Part shown: positions 35,515-48,800 of the stretch, piece after piece | Layout: each line of letters opens with the position of its first letter | How positions within the stretch are numbered: the first letter of the stretch is position 1 | NCBI RefSeq assembly: GCF_044704955.1 | Contig: NC_091990.1 | Coordinates: 14,446,001 to 14,510,000, forward strand | DNA: 64,000 nucleotides | Source of the DNA: Pristiophorus japonicus | Lineage: Eukaryota | Reading direction: 5' to 3' | The notes under the pieces: generated by a model | The model's database searches: none | What the model was told of the DNA's origin: nothing | What the model saw: the letters and a program-made list of their open reading frames with translations, nothing else | Made by a program: the position numbers and the translations under genes

Positions 35515-35873
35515 CTGGTGGAGAGGTTTAGGAAGAGAGTTGCAGAGCCTATGGCCTACACAGTTGAAGAAACAGCTGCCAATGGTGGGTGAAGGATGTT
35601 GCGGATGCACAAGAGGCCAGAATTGGAGGGACGCTGAGCGTTCGGAGGGTTGCAAAGCTCGAGGAGGAGATGGGGAGGAGGGATCTAAACAGAAGAATGA
35701 GAATTTTAAAATTAAAGTGCTGCTGGACTGGAAGCACAGGGATGGGTGAATGCTCCTGACTTCTGTGAAGCGCCTTGGGATGTTTTCATATGTTAAAAGG
35801 TGCTATATAAATTTAAAGTTATTGTTGCTATTCAGTTAAATTTACCTTGCACAATAAACAATCAGCTCCTGAA

Positions 35874-36008
35874 CAACGATCCCCAAGCAGTGATCGGGAG
35901 ATCCCGCGCAGGCTGCTCACCAGCTGTTCCACTGGAAAAGATATTGTGCATGCGCGACGGTGCAGCAAATTTTAAGGGCAGCTAAAATATAAATTTGAGG
36001 GAACATTG
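35874..36008. mobile_element. 135-bp hAT-type MITE
   Basis: CAACGATCCC...GGGAACATTG; perfect 8-bp TSD CTCCTGAA. Confidence 0.85.
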
Positions 36009-36159
36009 CTCCTGAAGTGTAGGCTCCTGGGTACTCTCTCCGTGGCTTAGTGGATAATGGAGCACCCTGAATGGAACTAAGCTGTGCAAACACAAAAGCC
36101 GATTCCCAAATCGTTCCAGGCAACAGCAGAAGGGATATCATCAGAACATAAGAACAGAA

Positions 36160-37937
36160 GTGAGTGGGCAAAAATTTGGCAGATGGAGGATAATGTTGGA
36201 AAGTGAGAGGTCATGCACTTGGGCAGAAAAAAAAAATCAAAGAGCAAGTTATTATTTAAATGGAGAAAGACTGCAAAGTGTTGCAGTACAGCGGGACCTA
36301 GGGTACTTGTGCATGAAACACGAAAGGATAGTATGCAGGTACAGCAAGTGATCAGGAAGGCCAATGGAATCTTGGCCTTTATTGCAAAGGGGATGGAATA
36401 TGAAAGCAGGGAAGTCTTGCTACAGCTGTACGGGGTATTGGTGAGGCCACACCTGGAATACTGCGTGCAGTTTTGGTTTACATATTTGCGAAAGGATATA
36501 CTTGCTTTGGAGGCAGTTCAGAGAAGATTCACGAAGTTGATTCCGGAGATGAGGGGGGTTGACTTATGAGGAAAGGTTGAGTAGGTTGGGCCTCTACTCA
36601 TTGGAATTCAGAAGAATGAGAGGTGATCTTATCGAAACGTATAAGATCATGACGGGGCTTGACAAGGTGGATAGAGAGAGGATGGTTCCACTGATAGGGG
36701 AGACTAGAACGAGAGGGCATAATCTTAGAATAAGGGGCCGCCCATTTACATAGAAACATAGAAAATAGGTGCAGGATCAGGCCATTCAGCCCTTCTAGCT
36801 TGCACCGCCATTCAATAAGTTCATGGCTGAACATGAAACTTCAGTACCCCCTTCCTGCTTTCTCGCCATAACCCTTGATCCCCCGAGTAGTAAGGACTTC
36901 ATCTAACTCCCTTTTGAATATATTTAGTGAATTGGCCTCAACTACTTTCTGTGGTAGAGAATTCCACAGGTTCACCACTCTCTGGGTGAAGAAGTTTCTC
37001 CTCATCTCGGTCCTAAATGGCTTACCCCTTATCCTCAGACTGTGACCCCTGGTTCTGGACTTCCCCAACATTGGGAACATTCTTCCTGCATCTAACCTGT
37101 CTAAACCCGTCAGGATTTTAAACGTTTCTATGAGGTCCCCTCTCATTCTTCTGAACTCCAGTGAATACAAGCCCAGTTGATCCAGTCTTTCTTGATAGGT
37201 CAGTCCCGCCATCCCGGGAATCAGTCTGGTGAATCTTCGCTGCACTCCCTCAATAGCAAGAATGTCCTTCCTCAAGTTAGGAGACCAAAACTGTACACAA
37301 TACTCCAGGTGTGGCCTCACCAAGGCCCTGTACAACTGTAGCAACACCTCCCTGCCCCTGTATTCAAATCCCCTCGCTATGAAGGCCAACATGCCATTTG
37401 CTTTCTTAACCGCCTGCTGTACCTGCATGCTAACCTTCAATGACTGATGTACCATGACACCCAGGTCTCGTTGCACCTTCCCTTTTCCTAATCTGTCACC
37501 ATTCAGATAATAGTCTGTCTCTCTGTGTTTACCACCAAAGTGGATAACCTCACATTTATCCACATTATACTTCATCTGCCATGCATTTGCCCACTCACCT
37601 AACCTATCCAAGTCACTCTGCAGCCTAATAGCATCCTCCTCGCAGCTCACACTGCCACCCAACTTAGTGTCATCCGCAAATACTAAGATGAGGAGAAACT
37701 TCATCTCTGAGGGTTGTGAATCTGTGGAATTCGCTGCCTCAGAGAGCTGTGGAAGCTGGGACATTGAATAAATTTAAGACAGAAACAGAGTTTCTTAAAC
37801 GATAAGGGAATAAGGGGTTATGGGGAGCGGGCAGAGAAGTGGACCCGAGTCCATGATCGGATCAGCCATGATCGTATTAAATGGCGGAGCAGGCACGAGG
37901 GGCCGTATGGCGTACTGCTGCTCCTATTTCTTATGTT
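36160..37937 (+). mobile_element. CR1 3' fragment interrupted at about 36748 by an antisense CR1 of another subfamily
   Basis: [22 protein letters not shown]; resumes AAGATGAGGAGAAAC at 37685; tail TTTCTTATG. Confidence 0.9.
36749..37680 (-). mobile_element. Young 5'-truncated CR1 with uninterrupted RT C-terminus
   Basis: Open from FADDTKLGG to the stop at 36841; tail (TTTCTATG)n. Confidence 0.96.
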
Positions 37938-37939
37938 AA

Positions 37940-39220
37940 GATGAGCAGGAGTAGGTCATTTGGCCCTTTGAGCCTGCTCTGCCATTCAAGATTATGGCTG
38001 ATCTTCTACCTCATTCCACTTTCCTGCACTAACCCCATATCCCTTAATATTCAAAAATCTATCGAGCTCGATCTTGAATATACTCAACGACTGAGCATCC
38101 ATAGCCCTCTGGGGTAGGGAACTCCAAAGATTCACAAACCTCTAAAGAAATATCTCATCTCAGTCCTAAATAGCCGACCTCTTAATCTGAGACTGTGACC
38201 CCTGGTTCGAGACTCCCCAACCAGGGAAAGCATCCGCCCTGCATCTACCCTGTCAAGCCCTGTAAGAATGTTGTATGTTTCAATGAGATCACCTCTCATT
38301 TTTCTTAACTCTAGAGAATCTAGGCCCAGTCTACTCAATCTCTCCTCATAGGACAATCACCCCATCCGAGGAATCAGTCTGGTGAACCTTTGTTGCACTC
38401 CTTCTATGTATATCCTTCCTTAGGTAAAGATGCCAAAACTGCACATAATACTCCAGGTGTGGTCTCAAGGGCCCTATATAATTGCAGCAAGACATCTTTA
38501 CTCTTATACTCAAATTCCCTTGTAATAAGGGCCAACATACCATTTGCTTTCTTAATTGCATGATAATTTTCAGTGATGTGTGCACAAAGACACCCAGGTC
38601 CCTCTGAACACCAACATTTCCCAATCTCTCACCGTTTGAAAAATACTCTGCTTTTCTATTTTTCCTATCAAAGTGGATAACTTCACATTTCTCCACATTA
38701 TATTCCATTTGCCATGTTCTTGCCCACTCACTTAGCCTGTCTATATCCCCTTGAAGTCTCTTTGCATCCTCCTCACAACTTACATTCCCACCTAGCTTTG
38801 TATCATCAGCAAATGGATACATTACATTTGGTTCCCGCATTCAAATCATTGATATAGACTGTGAATAGCTGAGGCCCAAGTACTGATCCTTGCGGTACCC
38901 CACTAATTACAGTCTGCCAACCCGAAAATCACCCGTTTATTCCGACTCTGTTTTCTGTCTAAGCAATTCTCAATCCATTCGAGAATATTACCCTCAATCC
39001 CATGAGACCTAGTTTTGTTTAATAACTTCTTGTGTGGCACCTTATCAAATGCCTTCTATTTTTCCTTTCTTTATCAATTTCTTGGTCCTCCTTTGCTGAA
39101 TTCTAAAATTCTCCCAATCCCCAGGCTTACTGCTCTTTTTGGCAACATTATAAGCCTCTTCCTTTGATCTAATACTATCTTTAACTTCTCTTGTTCGCCA
39201 TGGTTGGACCACTTTTGTTG
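37940..39220 (-). mobile_element. Older CR1 fragment with internal deletions
   Basis: FADDTKLGGNVSCEEDAKRLQGDIDRL..WQMEYNVEKC. Confidence 0.9.
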
Positions 39221-39579
39221 GTCTATAGTTGGCTTCAGTTGTCAGAACAGGCTAAGGATCCCACTGCTGATTACTATCAAGTGTTCCCTTGGAAACAAAT
39301 ATGCATTGGATGAGAACGGGATTGGGTGACATTCTGATGCTCCCTCCCGCAGTTTGCTGATGAAGAATGGCCACTTGATACACCAGATGGAGTCAGCACT
39401 ATGCAGTGAGGAGAGGAGATAATTGGGAGTAAATCCATTAACCATTTATTGGGCATACAAAGCACACATCACAGAGCACTCACTCACATTGGCACCATTC
39501 ACCAGTTCTGCACCCTGCCATTTATCAAGAAAGCTCTCGTTAGCTTTTCACATTTCCCCTCCCCTCCCCAATGTGCAAT

Positions 39580-40320
39580 TGTGGAAATATCAGAAAGGAT
39601 TAAGAAGTTAGTTCAGACCTGGGGTCTAAAACTAATAAACTCTCTTGCACAAAAAAACAAGCAGGCAATAGCCTCAGGGTGAAGGAGATAAGGAATGAAG
39701 TAAGGTTGAAAAACTGCAGGAAAAGCTACAGGATATTAAAGCCAAACTCAAACGAGTCACCCTGGGTAAGAGATCGTATGTAAATACTGAAAGACAATTA
39801 ACAAAGTTCCGGTAATTGCGAATGACCCAACAAAAGGTCAGGTGTACGAATAACAGACTGAAGGCCAATGGACAGGAGGGAGTTACCTTAACAGGACGAG
39901 CTGTGGTAACAGCAGGGGATGGTAACAAAAGGATGAAAAGATTTAATTGATCAAGATAAGGTTCACACACGGTAATGAAGACTCCGACTTGGTAATAATT
40001 CTTGGAGGCAAGAGAGAGGGTGCGATAACTGCAGAATGTCTCTGTACTTCTTGTAAAAACAGGCAGGCAATTAATAGCAACACACATGGTTAACTGAGAG
40101 GAAAAAGGGTATAAAAGATACACAAGTTCGGACTGCCCAGAGCAAGAACCTAGGAACAACATTCGACAGAAGCAGGGACCAGGGAAGAGACCCTTGAAGG
40201 AACAGTGTCAGGACTGGATTGATCACCCGGGGACGTATTGGGTAACAATGAGAATATTTTGAGCGGAAAGAAACACCTTTCTGCAGAGTTAAATAAAGTA
40301 CAAGTCGTGAGTCTTGGACT
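39580..40320 (+). mobile_element. Possible ERV-type LTR remnant truncated by a CR1
   Basis: TG start, CCAAT at 39865, TATAAAA at 40110, AATAAA at 40292 in U3-R order; no TSD or right end found. Confidence 0.35.
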
Positions 40321-43300
40321 TTGAGCCTGCACCAACATTCAATAAGATCATGGCTGATCATTCACCTCAGTACCCCTTTCTTGCTTTCTCTCCATATCCC
40401 TTGATCCCTTTAGCCTTAAGGGCCACATCTAACTCTCTCTTGAATATATCCAACGAACTATCAACAACTTTCTGCGGTAGGCAATTCCACAGGTTAACAA
40501 CTCTGAGTGAAGAAGTTTCTCCTTATCTCAGCCCTAAATGGCTTACCCCTTATCTGTGTCCCCTGATTCTGGACTTCCCCAACATCAGAAATATTCTTCC
40601 TGCGTCTAACCTGTCCCGTCCCGTCAGAATTTTAAATGTTTCTATGAGATCCCTTCTCATCCTTCTAAACTCCAGTGAATACAGGCCCAGTCGATCCAGT
40701 CTCTCCTCATATGTCAGTCCAGCTATCCCGGGAATCAGTCTGGTGAACCTTCGGTGCACTCCCTCAATAGCAAGAACGTCCTTCCTCAGATTAGGAGACC
40801 AAAACTGAACACAATATTCCAGGTGAGGCTTCACCAAGGCCCTGTACAAATGCAGTAAGACCTCCCTGCTCCGACTCTCAAAACCGCTCGCTATGAAGGC
40901 CAACATACCATTTTCCTTCAACGCCTGCTGTACCTGCATGCCAACTTTCAATGACTGATGTACCATGACACTCAGGTCTCGTTGCACCTCCCCTTTTCCT
41001 AATCTGCCGCCATTCAGATAATATTCTGCCTTCGTGTTTTTGCCCCCAAAGTGGATAACCTCACATTTATCCACATTATACTGCATCTGCCATGCATTTG
41101 CCCACTCACCTAACCTGTCCAAGTCAGCCATGCAGCCTCTTAGCGTCCTCCTCACAGCTCACGTTGCCACTTAGTTTAGTGTCATCTGCAAACTTGGAGA
41201 TATTACACTCAATTCCTTCATCCTTGAGCTTTAATTTTGCACACCAATCTCTTGTGTGGGACCTGGTCAAAAATCTTTTGAAAGTCCAAATATACCACAT
41301 CCACTGGTTCTCCCTTGTCCACTCTACTAATTACCTCCTCAAAAAATTCTAAAAGATTTGTCAAGCAGGTTTCCTTTTCATAAATCCATGTTGACTTGGA
41401 CCGATCCTGTCACTGCTTTCCAAATGCGCTGTTATTTCATCTTTAATAATTGATTCCAACATTTTCCCCACTACTGATGTCAGGCTAACCGGTCTATAAT
41501 TACCCGTTTTCTCTCTCCCTCCTTTTTTAAAAAGTGGTGTTACATTAGCTAGCCCATAGGAACTGATCCAGAGTCGATAAACTGCTGGAAAATGATCACC
41601 AATGCATTCACTATTTCGAGGGCCACTTCCTTAAGTATGGGATGCAGACTATCAGGCCCCAGGGATTTATCGGCCTTCAATCCCATCAATTTCACTAACA
41701 CAATTTCCCGCCTAATAAGGATATCCTTCAGTTCCTCCTTCACACTAGACCCTCGCTCCCCTAGTACTTCCGGAAGGTTATTTGTGTCTTCCTTCGTGGA
41801 CACAACCAAAGTATTTGTTCAACTGGTCTGTCATTTCTTTGTTCCCATTATAAATTCACCTGAATCGGACTGCAAGGGACCGATGTTTGTCTTCACTAAT
41901 CTTTTTCTCTTCACATATCTATAGAAGCTTTTGCAGTCAGTTTTTATGTTCCCAGCAAGTTTCCTCTCATACTCTATTTCCCCCTCCGAATTAAACCCTC
42001 TGTCTTCCTCTGCTGAATTCTAAATTTCTCCCAGTTCTCAGGTTTGCTGCTTTTTCTGGCCAATTTATATGACTCTTGCTTGGATTTAACACTATCCTTA
42101 ATTTCCCTTGTTAATCATGGTTGAGCCACCTTCCCCGTTTTATTTTTACTCCAGACAGGGATGTACAATTGTTGAAGTTCATCCATGTGATCTTTAAATG
42201 TTTGCCATTGCCTAGCCGCCGTTAACCCTCTAAGTATCATTTGCCAGTCTATCCTAGCCAATTCACGTCTCATACCACCTTTCCTTAAGTTCAGGACCCT
42301 AGTCTCTGAATTAACTGTGTCACTCTCCATCTTAATAAGGAATTCTACTATATTATGGTCACTCTTCCCCAAGGGGCCTCGCACAACAAGATTGCTAATT
42401 AGTCCTTTCTCATTACACATCACCCAGTCTCGGATGGCCAGCCCTCTACTTGGTTCCTCGACATATTGGTCCAGAAAACCATTCCTAATACACTCCAGGA
42501 AGTCCTCCTCCATCATATTGCTACCAGTTTGGTTAGCCCAATCTATATGTAGATTAAAGACGCCCATGATAACTACTGTACCTTTATTGCACGCATCCCT
42601 AATTTCTTGTTTGATGCTGTCCCCAACCTCACGACGACTGTTTGGTGGTCTGTACACAACTCCCACTAGCGTTTTCTGCCCTTTGCTATTCCGCAGCTCC
42701 ACCCGTACAGATTCCACATCATCCAAGCTAATGTCCTTCCTTACCATTGTGTTAATTTCCTCTTTGACCAGCAACGCTACCCCACCTCCTTTTCCTTTCT
42801 GTCTATACTTCCTGAATGTTGAATACCCCTGGATGTTGAGTTCCCAGCCTTGCTCACCCTGGAGCCATGTCTCCGTGATGCCAATTATATCATATTCATT
42901 AATTGCCACCTGTGCAATTAATTCGTCCACCTTATTACAAATACTCCTCGCATTGAGGCACAGAGCCTTCAAGTTTGTCTTTTTAACACACTTTGCACTT
43001 AGAATTTTTCTGCAATGTGGCCCTTTTTGATTTTTGCCTTGGGTTTCTCTGCCCTCCATTTTTACTTTTCTTCTTTCTATCTTTTGCTTCTGCCCCTATT
43101 TTACTTCCCTCCGTCTCCCTGCATAGGTTCCCATCCTCCATGCCATATAACTCCTCCCCAGCCGCACGAGCAAACACTCCCTCTAGGACATTGGTTCCGG
43201 TCCTGCCCAGGTGCAGACCGTCTGGTTTGTATTGGTCCCACCTCTCCCGGAACCGGTTCCAATGACCCAGGAATTTGAATCCCTCCCTTCTGCACCACTC

Positions 43301-43680
43301 CTCAAGCCACATTTTCATCCGAGTTGTCCTGCGATTCCTACTCAGGCTAGCACGTGGCACTGGTAGCAATCCTGAGATTACTACCTTTGAGGTCCAACTT
43401 TTTAAATTTAACTGCTAGCTCCCTAAATTCAGCTTTTAGGAACTCATCCCATTTTTTTACCTATATCGTTGGTACCGAAATGCACAATGATAACTGGCTG
43501 TTCACCCTTCCCTTTCAAAATGTCCTGAACCCGCTCCGAGACATCCTTGACCCTTACACCAGGGAGGCAACATACCATCCTGGAGTCTTGATTGCGACCG
43601 CAGAAACGTCCATTTATTCCCCTTACAATAGAATCCCTCCATTGCTCTCCCATTCTTTTTCCTCCCCTCCTGTGCAGCAG
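40321..43680 (-). mobile_element. Long CR1 LINE (ORF1 esterase part, APE, RT), degenerate
   Basis: ORF1 SGNH-like VCCLPGVRVKDV..HFGTNDIG..PDGLHL; APE CLNARSI..GITETW..VYRPP..SDHN (42115-43059); RT pieces at 40550-41800. Confidence 0.95.
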
Positions 43681-44121
43681 AAAAAGAGTGGGAGAGCTAT
43701 AGTCGCAGGCAACTACTAGTCACACGACTAGCGAAATTCCCATTTGTGCAACAGCAATCAAGTTTTCTTCGTAAATTAGTTTCTTAATGTTTATTGAATG
43801 CTCTCGGTGTTATGAGTATTAAATTTTAGTGAGTTCCACAGATGGAGAATCTCATTGATCCTCGAACACGATCGCCTCTCAAGCTGAAACCCAGGAGCGC
43901 GGTAACACTGTGCAAGCACCTTTATGAGTTCATTGATGGCTAGGGGAGGGGGAAACGTGGCGGGTAGTGCACATATTAGATGTATCTCTCCACACCAAAA
44001 CACTAAAAGAATGCTCGAGGGGGAATTAATTGGAGCCCAAACTCCCAAGAATTGCTTTGAACAGGACAGTGCAAAATACACCCTGTTCTGCTCGGGACTG
44101 AGAATTGATTCAACCAGACAC

Positions 44122-45350
44122 ATTAAGAACATAAGAAATAGGAGCAGCAGTAGGCCATACGGCCCCTCGAGCCTGCTCCGTCATTTAATATCATGGTTGA
44201 TCTGATCATGGACTCAGCTCCAATTCCCTGCCCGCTCCCCATAACCCCTTATCGTTTAAGAAACTGTCTATTTCTGTCTTAAATTTATTCAATGTCCCAG
44301 CTTCCACAGCTCTCTGAGGCAGCGAATTGCAGATTTACAACCCTCAGAGAAGAAATTTCTCCTCATCTCAGTTTTAAATGGGTGGCCCCTTATTCCAAGA
44401 TCATGCCCTCTAGTTCTAGTCTCCCCCATCAGTGGAAACATCCTCTCTGCATCCACCTTGTCAAGCCCCCTCATAATCTTATACGTTTCAATAAGATCAC
44501 CTCTCATTCTTCTGAATTCCAATGAGTAGAGGCCCGACCTACTCAACCTTTCCTCATAAGTCAACACCCTCATCCCCGGAATCAACCTTGTGAATCTTCT
44601 CTGAACTGCCTCCAAAGCAAGTATATCCTTTCATAAATATGGAAATCAAAACTGCACGCAGTATTCCAGATGTGGCCTCACCAATACCTTTCATACCTGT
44701 AGCAAGATTTCCCTGCTTTTATACTCCATCCTCTTTGCAATAAAGGCCAAGATACCATTGGCCTTCCTGATCACTTGCTGTACCTGCATACTATCCTTTT
44801 GTGTTTCATGCACAAGTACCCCCAGGACCCGCTGTATTGTGGCATTTTGGCAGAAAAAATCAAAGAGCAAGTTATTATTTAAATGGAGAAAGGTTGCAAA
44901 GTGCACGAACTCTCACTTTCCAACATTATACTCCATCTGCCAAATTTTTGTCCACTCACTCAGCCTGTCTGTGTCCTTTTGCAGATTTTGTGCCCTCCTC
45001 ACACATTGCTTTTTCTCCCACCTTTGTATCATCAGCAAACTTGGCTACGTTACACTCAGTCCCCTCTTCCAAGTTGTTAATATTGTAAATAGTTGGGGTC
45101 CCAGCACTGATCCCTGCAGCACCCCACTAGTTACTGGTTGCCAACCAGAGAATGAACCATTTATCCTGATTCTCTGTTTTCTATTAGTTAGCCAATCCTC
45201 TATCCATGCTAATATATTACCCCCAACATCGTGAACTTTTATTTTGTGCAGTAACCTTTTGTGTGGCACCTTGTCAAATGCCTTCTGGAAGTCCAATTAC
45301 ACCACATCCACTGGTTCCCCTTTATCCATCTTGTTCGTTACCTCAAAGAA
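44122..45350 (-). mobile_element. CR1 3' fragment containing a microinversion
   Basis: DFQKAFDKVPHKRLL..GVLQGSVLGP; tail AAGAACATAAGAAATAGG on the plus strand. Confidence 0.93.
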
Positions 45351-45839
45351 TTAAGCAAGGGATAAGTTTATTTGTAAACCTAAAGTTCTGATTTGGTCCC
45401 CTTGATCACGTGACCAGTGTTGATTGGTCCCCTTGGAGGATGACACCCAGCAGTTTCTTCAGAATGTGTAATTCGAACCGCCTTGCCGACATAATCAGTG
45501 ACTTTGCAGAATGTAATTCGAACAGAGCTCATTCTCACGAGTTAAGACATTCTCCCACCCCCCTAATAAATTCCCGCCCTCTGCCCAAGCTCCTGACCGA
45601 CTCACCACTGCCCGCCCGCCCCCCCCCCGCCCACCCGCCATACCCAAGTTTCTGACCGACTCAACCACAGCCCAAGTTGCTGACCTAAACACACCCAAAC
45701 CCAGTTCCTGACCAACTCCCCTGCGCCTCACATCCCCATCACCATACATGGGGCAGTGTGGGGGGTCACGGACTGTTAACAGGTTTATTGGGTTATGAAG
45801 AATATACTGAGCGTTATGACTTCTAGATTTTGCCATTAG

Positions 45840-48800
45840 CATAGAAACATAGAAAATAGGTGCAGGAGTAGGCCATTCGGCCCTTCTAGCCTGCACCGCC
45901 ATTCAATGAGTTCATGGCTGAACATGAAACTTCAGTACCCCATTCCTGCTTTCTCACCATAACCCTTGATCCCCTTAGTAGTAAGGACTACATCTAACTC
46001 TTTTTTGAATATATTTAGTGAATTGGCCTCAATAACTTTCTGTGGTAGAGAATTCCACAGGTTCACCACTCTCTGGGTGAAGAAGTTTCTCCTCATCTCG
46101 GTCCTAAATGGCTTACCCCTTATCCTTAGACTGTGACCCCTGGTTCTGGACTTCCCCAACATTGGGAACATTCTTCCTGCATCTAACCTGTCTAAACCCA
46201 TCAGAATTTTAAACATTTCTATGAGGTCCCCTCTCATTCTTCTGAACTCCAGTGAATACAAGCCCAGTTGATCCAGTTTTTCTTGATAGGTCAGTCCCGC
46301 CATCCTGGGAATCAGTCTGGTGAACCTTCGCTGCATTCCCTCAATAGCAAGAATGTCCTTCCTCAGGTTAGGAGACCAAAACTGTACACAATACTCCAGG
46401 TGTGGCCTCACCAATGCCCTGTACAACTGTAGAAACACTTCCCTGCCCCTGTACTCAAATCCCCTCGCTATGAAGGCCAACATGCCATTTGCTTTGTTAA
46501 CCGCCTGTTGTACCTGCATGCCAACCTTCAATGACTGATGTACCATGACACCCAGGTCTCGTTGCACCTCCCCTTTTCCTAATCTGTGACCATTCAGATA
46601 ATAGTCTGTTTCTCTGTTTTTACCACCAAAGTGGATAACCTCACATTTATCCACATTATACTTCATCTGCCATGCATTTGCCCACTCACCTAACCTATCT
46701 AAGTTGCTCTGCAGCCACATAGCATCCTCCTCGCAGCTCACACTGCCACCCAACTTAGTGTCATCCGCAAATTTGGAGATACTACATTTAATCCCCTCGT
46801 CTAAATCATTAATGTATAGTGTAAACAGCTGGGGCCCCAGCACAGAACCTTGCGGTATCCCACTAATCACCGCCTGCCATTCTGAAAAGTACCCATTTAC
46901 TCCTACTCTTTGCTTCCTGTCTGACAACCAGTTCTCAATCCATGTCAGCACACTACCCTCAATCCCATCTGCTTTAACTTTGCACATTAATCTTTTGTGT
47001 GGGACCTTGTCAAAAGCCTTCTGAAAGTCCAAATATACCACATCAACTGGTTCTCCCTTGTCCACTCTACTGGAAACATCCTCAAAAAATTCTAGAAGAT
47101 TTGTCAAGCATGATTTCCCTTTCACAAATCCATGTTGACTTGGACCTATCATGTCACCTCTTTCCAAATGCGCTGCTATGACATCCTTAATAATTGATTC
47201 CATTATCTTATCCACTCCCGATGTCAGGCTTACCGGTCTATAATTCCCTGTTTTCTCTCTCCCTCCTTTTTTTAAAAAGTGAGGTTACATTGGCTACCCT
47301 CCACGCGATAGGAACTGATCCAGAGTCAATGGAATGTTGGAAAATGACTGTCAATGCATCCGCTATTTCCAAGGCCACCTCCTTAAGTACTCTGGGATGC
47401 AGTCCATCAGGCCCTGGGGATTTATCGGCCTTCAATCCCATTAATTTCCCCAACACAATTTCCTGACTAATAAGGATTTCCCTCAGTTCCTCCTCCTTAC
47501 GAGACCCTCTGACCCCTCTTATATCCGGAAGGTTGTTAGTGTCCTCCTTAGTGAATACCGAACCAAAGTACTTGTTCAAATAGTCCGCCATATCTTTGTT
47601 CCCCGTTATGACTTCCCCTGATTCTGACTGCAGGGGACCTACGTTTGTCTTTACTAACCTTTTTCTCTTTACATATCTATCGAAACTTTTGCATTCCGTC
47701 TTAATGTTCCCTGCAAGCTTCTTCTCGTACTCTATTTTCCCTGCCCTAATCAAACCCTTTGTCCTCCTCTGCTGAGTTCTAAATTTCTCCCGGTCTCCGG
47801 GTTCACTGCTATTTCTGGCCAATTTGTATGCCACTTCCTTGGCTTTAACACTATCCCTGATTTCCCTTGATAGCCACGGTTGATCCACCTTCCCTTTTTT
47901 ATTTTTACGACAGACAGGAATGTACAATTGTTGTAGTTCATCCATGCAGTCTCTAAATGTCTGCCATTGCCCATCCACAGTCAACCCCTTAAGTATCATT
48001 CGCCAATCAATCCTAGCTAATTCACGCCTCATACCTTCAAAGTTACCCTTCTTTAAGTTCTGGACCATGGTCTCTGAATTAACTTTTTCATTCTCCATCC
48101 TATTGCAGAATTCCACCATATTATGGTCACTCTTCCCCAAGGGGCCTCGCACAACGGTATTGCTAATTAATCCTCTCTCATTACACAACACCCAGTCTAA
48201 GATGGCCTCCCTCCTAGTTGGTTCCTCGACATATTGGTCTAGAAAACCATCCCTTATGCGCTCCAGGAAATCCTCCTCCACCGTATTGCTTCCAGTTTGG
48301 TTAGCCCAATCTGTGTGCATATTAAAGTCACCCATTATAACTGCTGCACCCTTATTGCATGCACCCCTAATTTTCTGTTTGATGCCCTCCTCAACATTAC
48401 TACTACTGTTTGGAGGTCTGTACACAATTCCCACTAACATTTTTTGCCCTTTGGTGTTCTGTAGTTCTACCCATATAGATTCCACATCATTCAAGCTAAT
48501 GTCATTCCTGATTATTGTATTAATCTCCTCTTTAACCAGCAATGCTACCCCACCTCCTTTTCCTTTTATTCTATCCTTCCTGAATGTTGAATACCCCTGG
48601 ATGTTGAGTTCCTAGCCCTGATCATCCTGGAGCCACGTCTCCGTAATCCCAATCACATCATATTTGTTAACATCTATTTGCAGTTAATTCATCCACCTTA
48701 TTACGGATACTCCTTGCATTAAGACACAAAGCCTTCAGGCTTGTTTTTTTTAAACACCCTTTTTCCTTTTAGAATTTTGCTGTACAGTGGCCCTTTTTGT

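Noticed and set aside
39674-40162. 162-aa hydrophobic ORF
   Set aside because: Its composition reflects the pyrimidine-rich antisense of a purine-skewed segment; no family motif
42317-43030. Long plus-strand ORFs (also 22775-23512 and 47920-48615)
   Set aside because: Antisense shadows of CR1 ORF2
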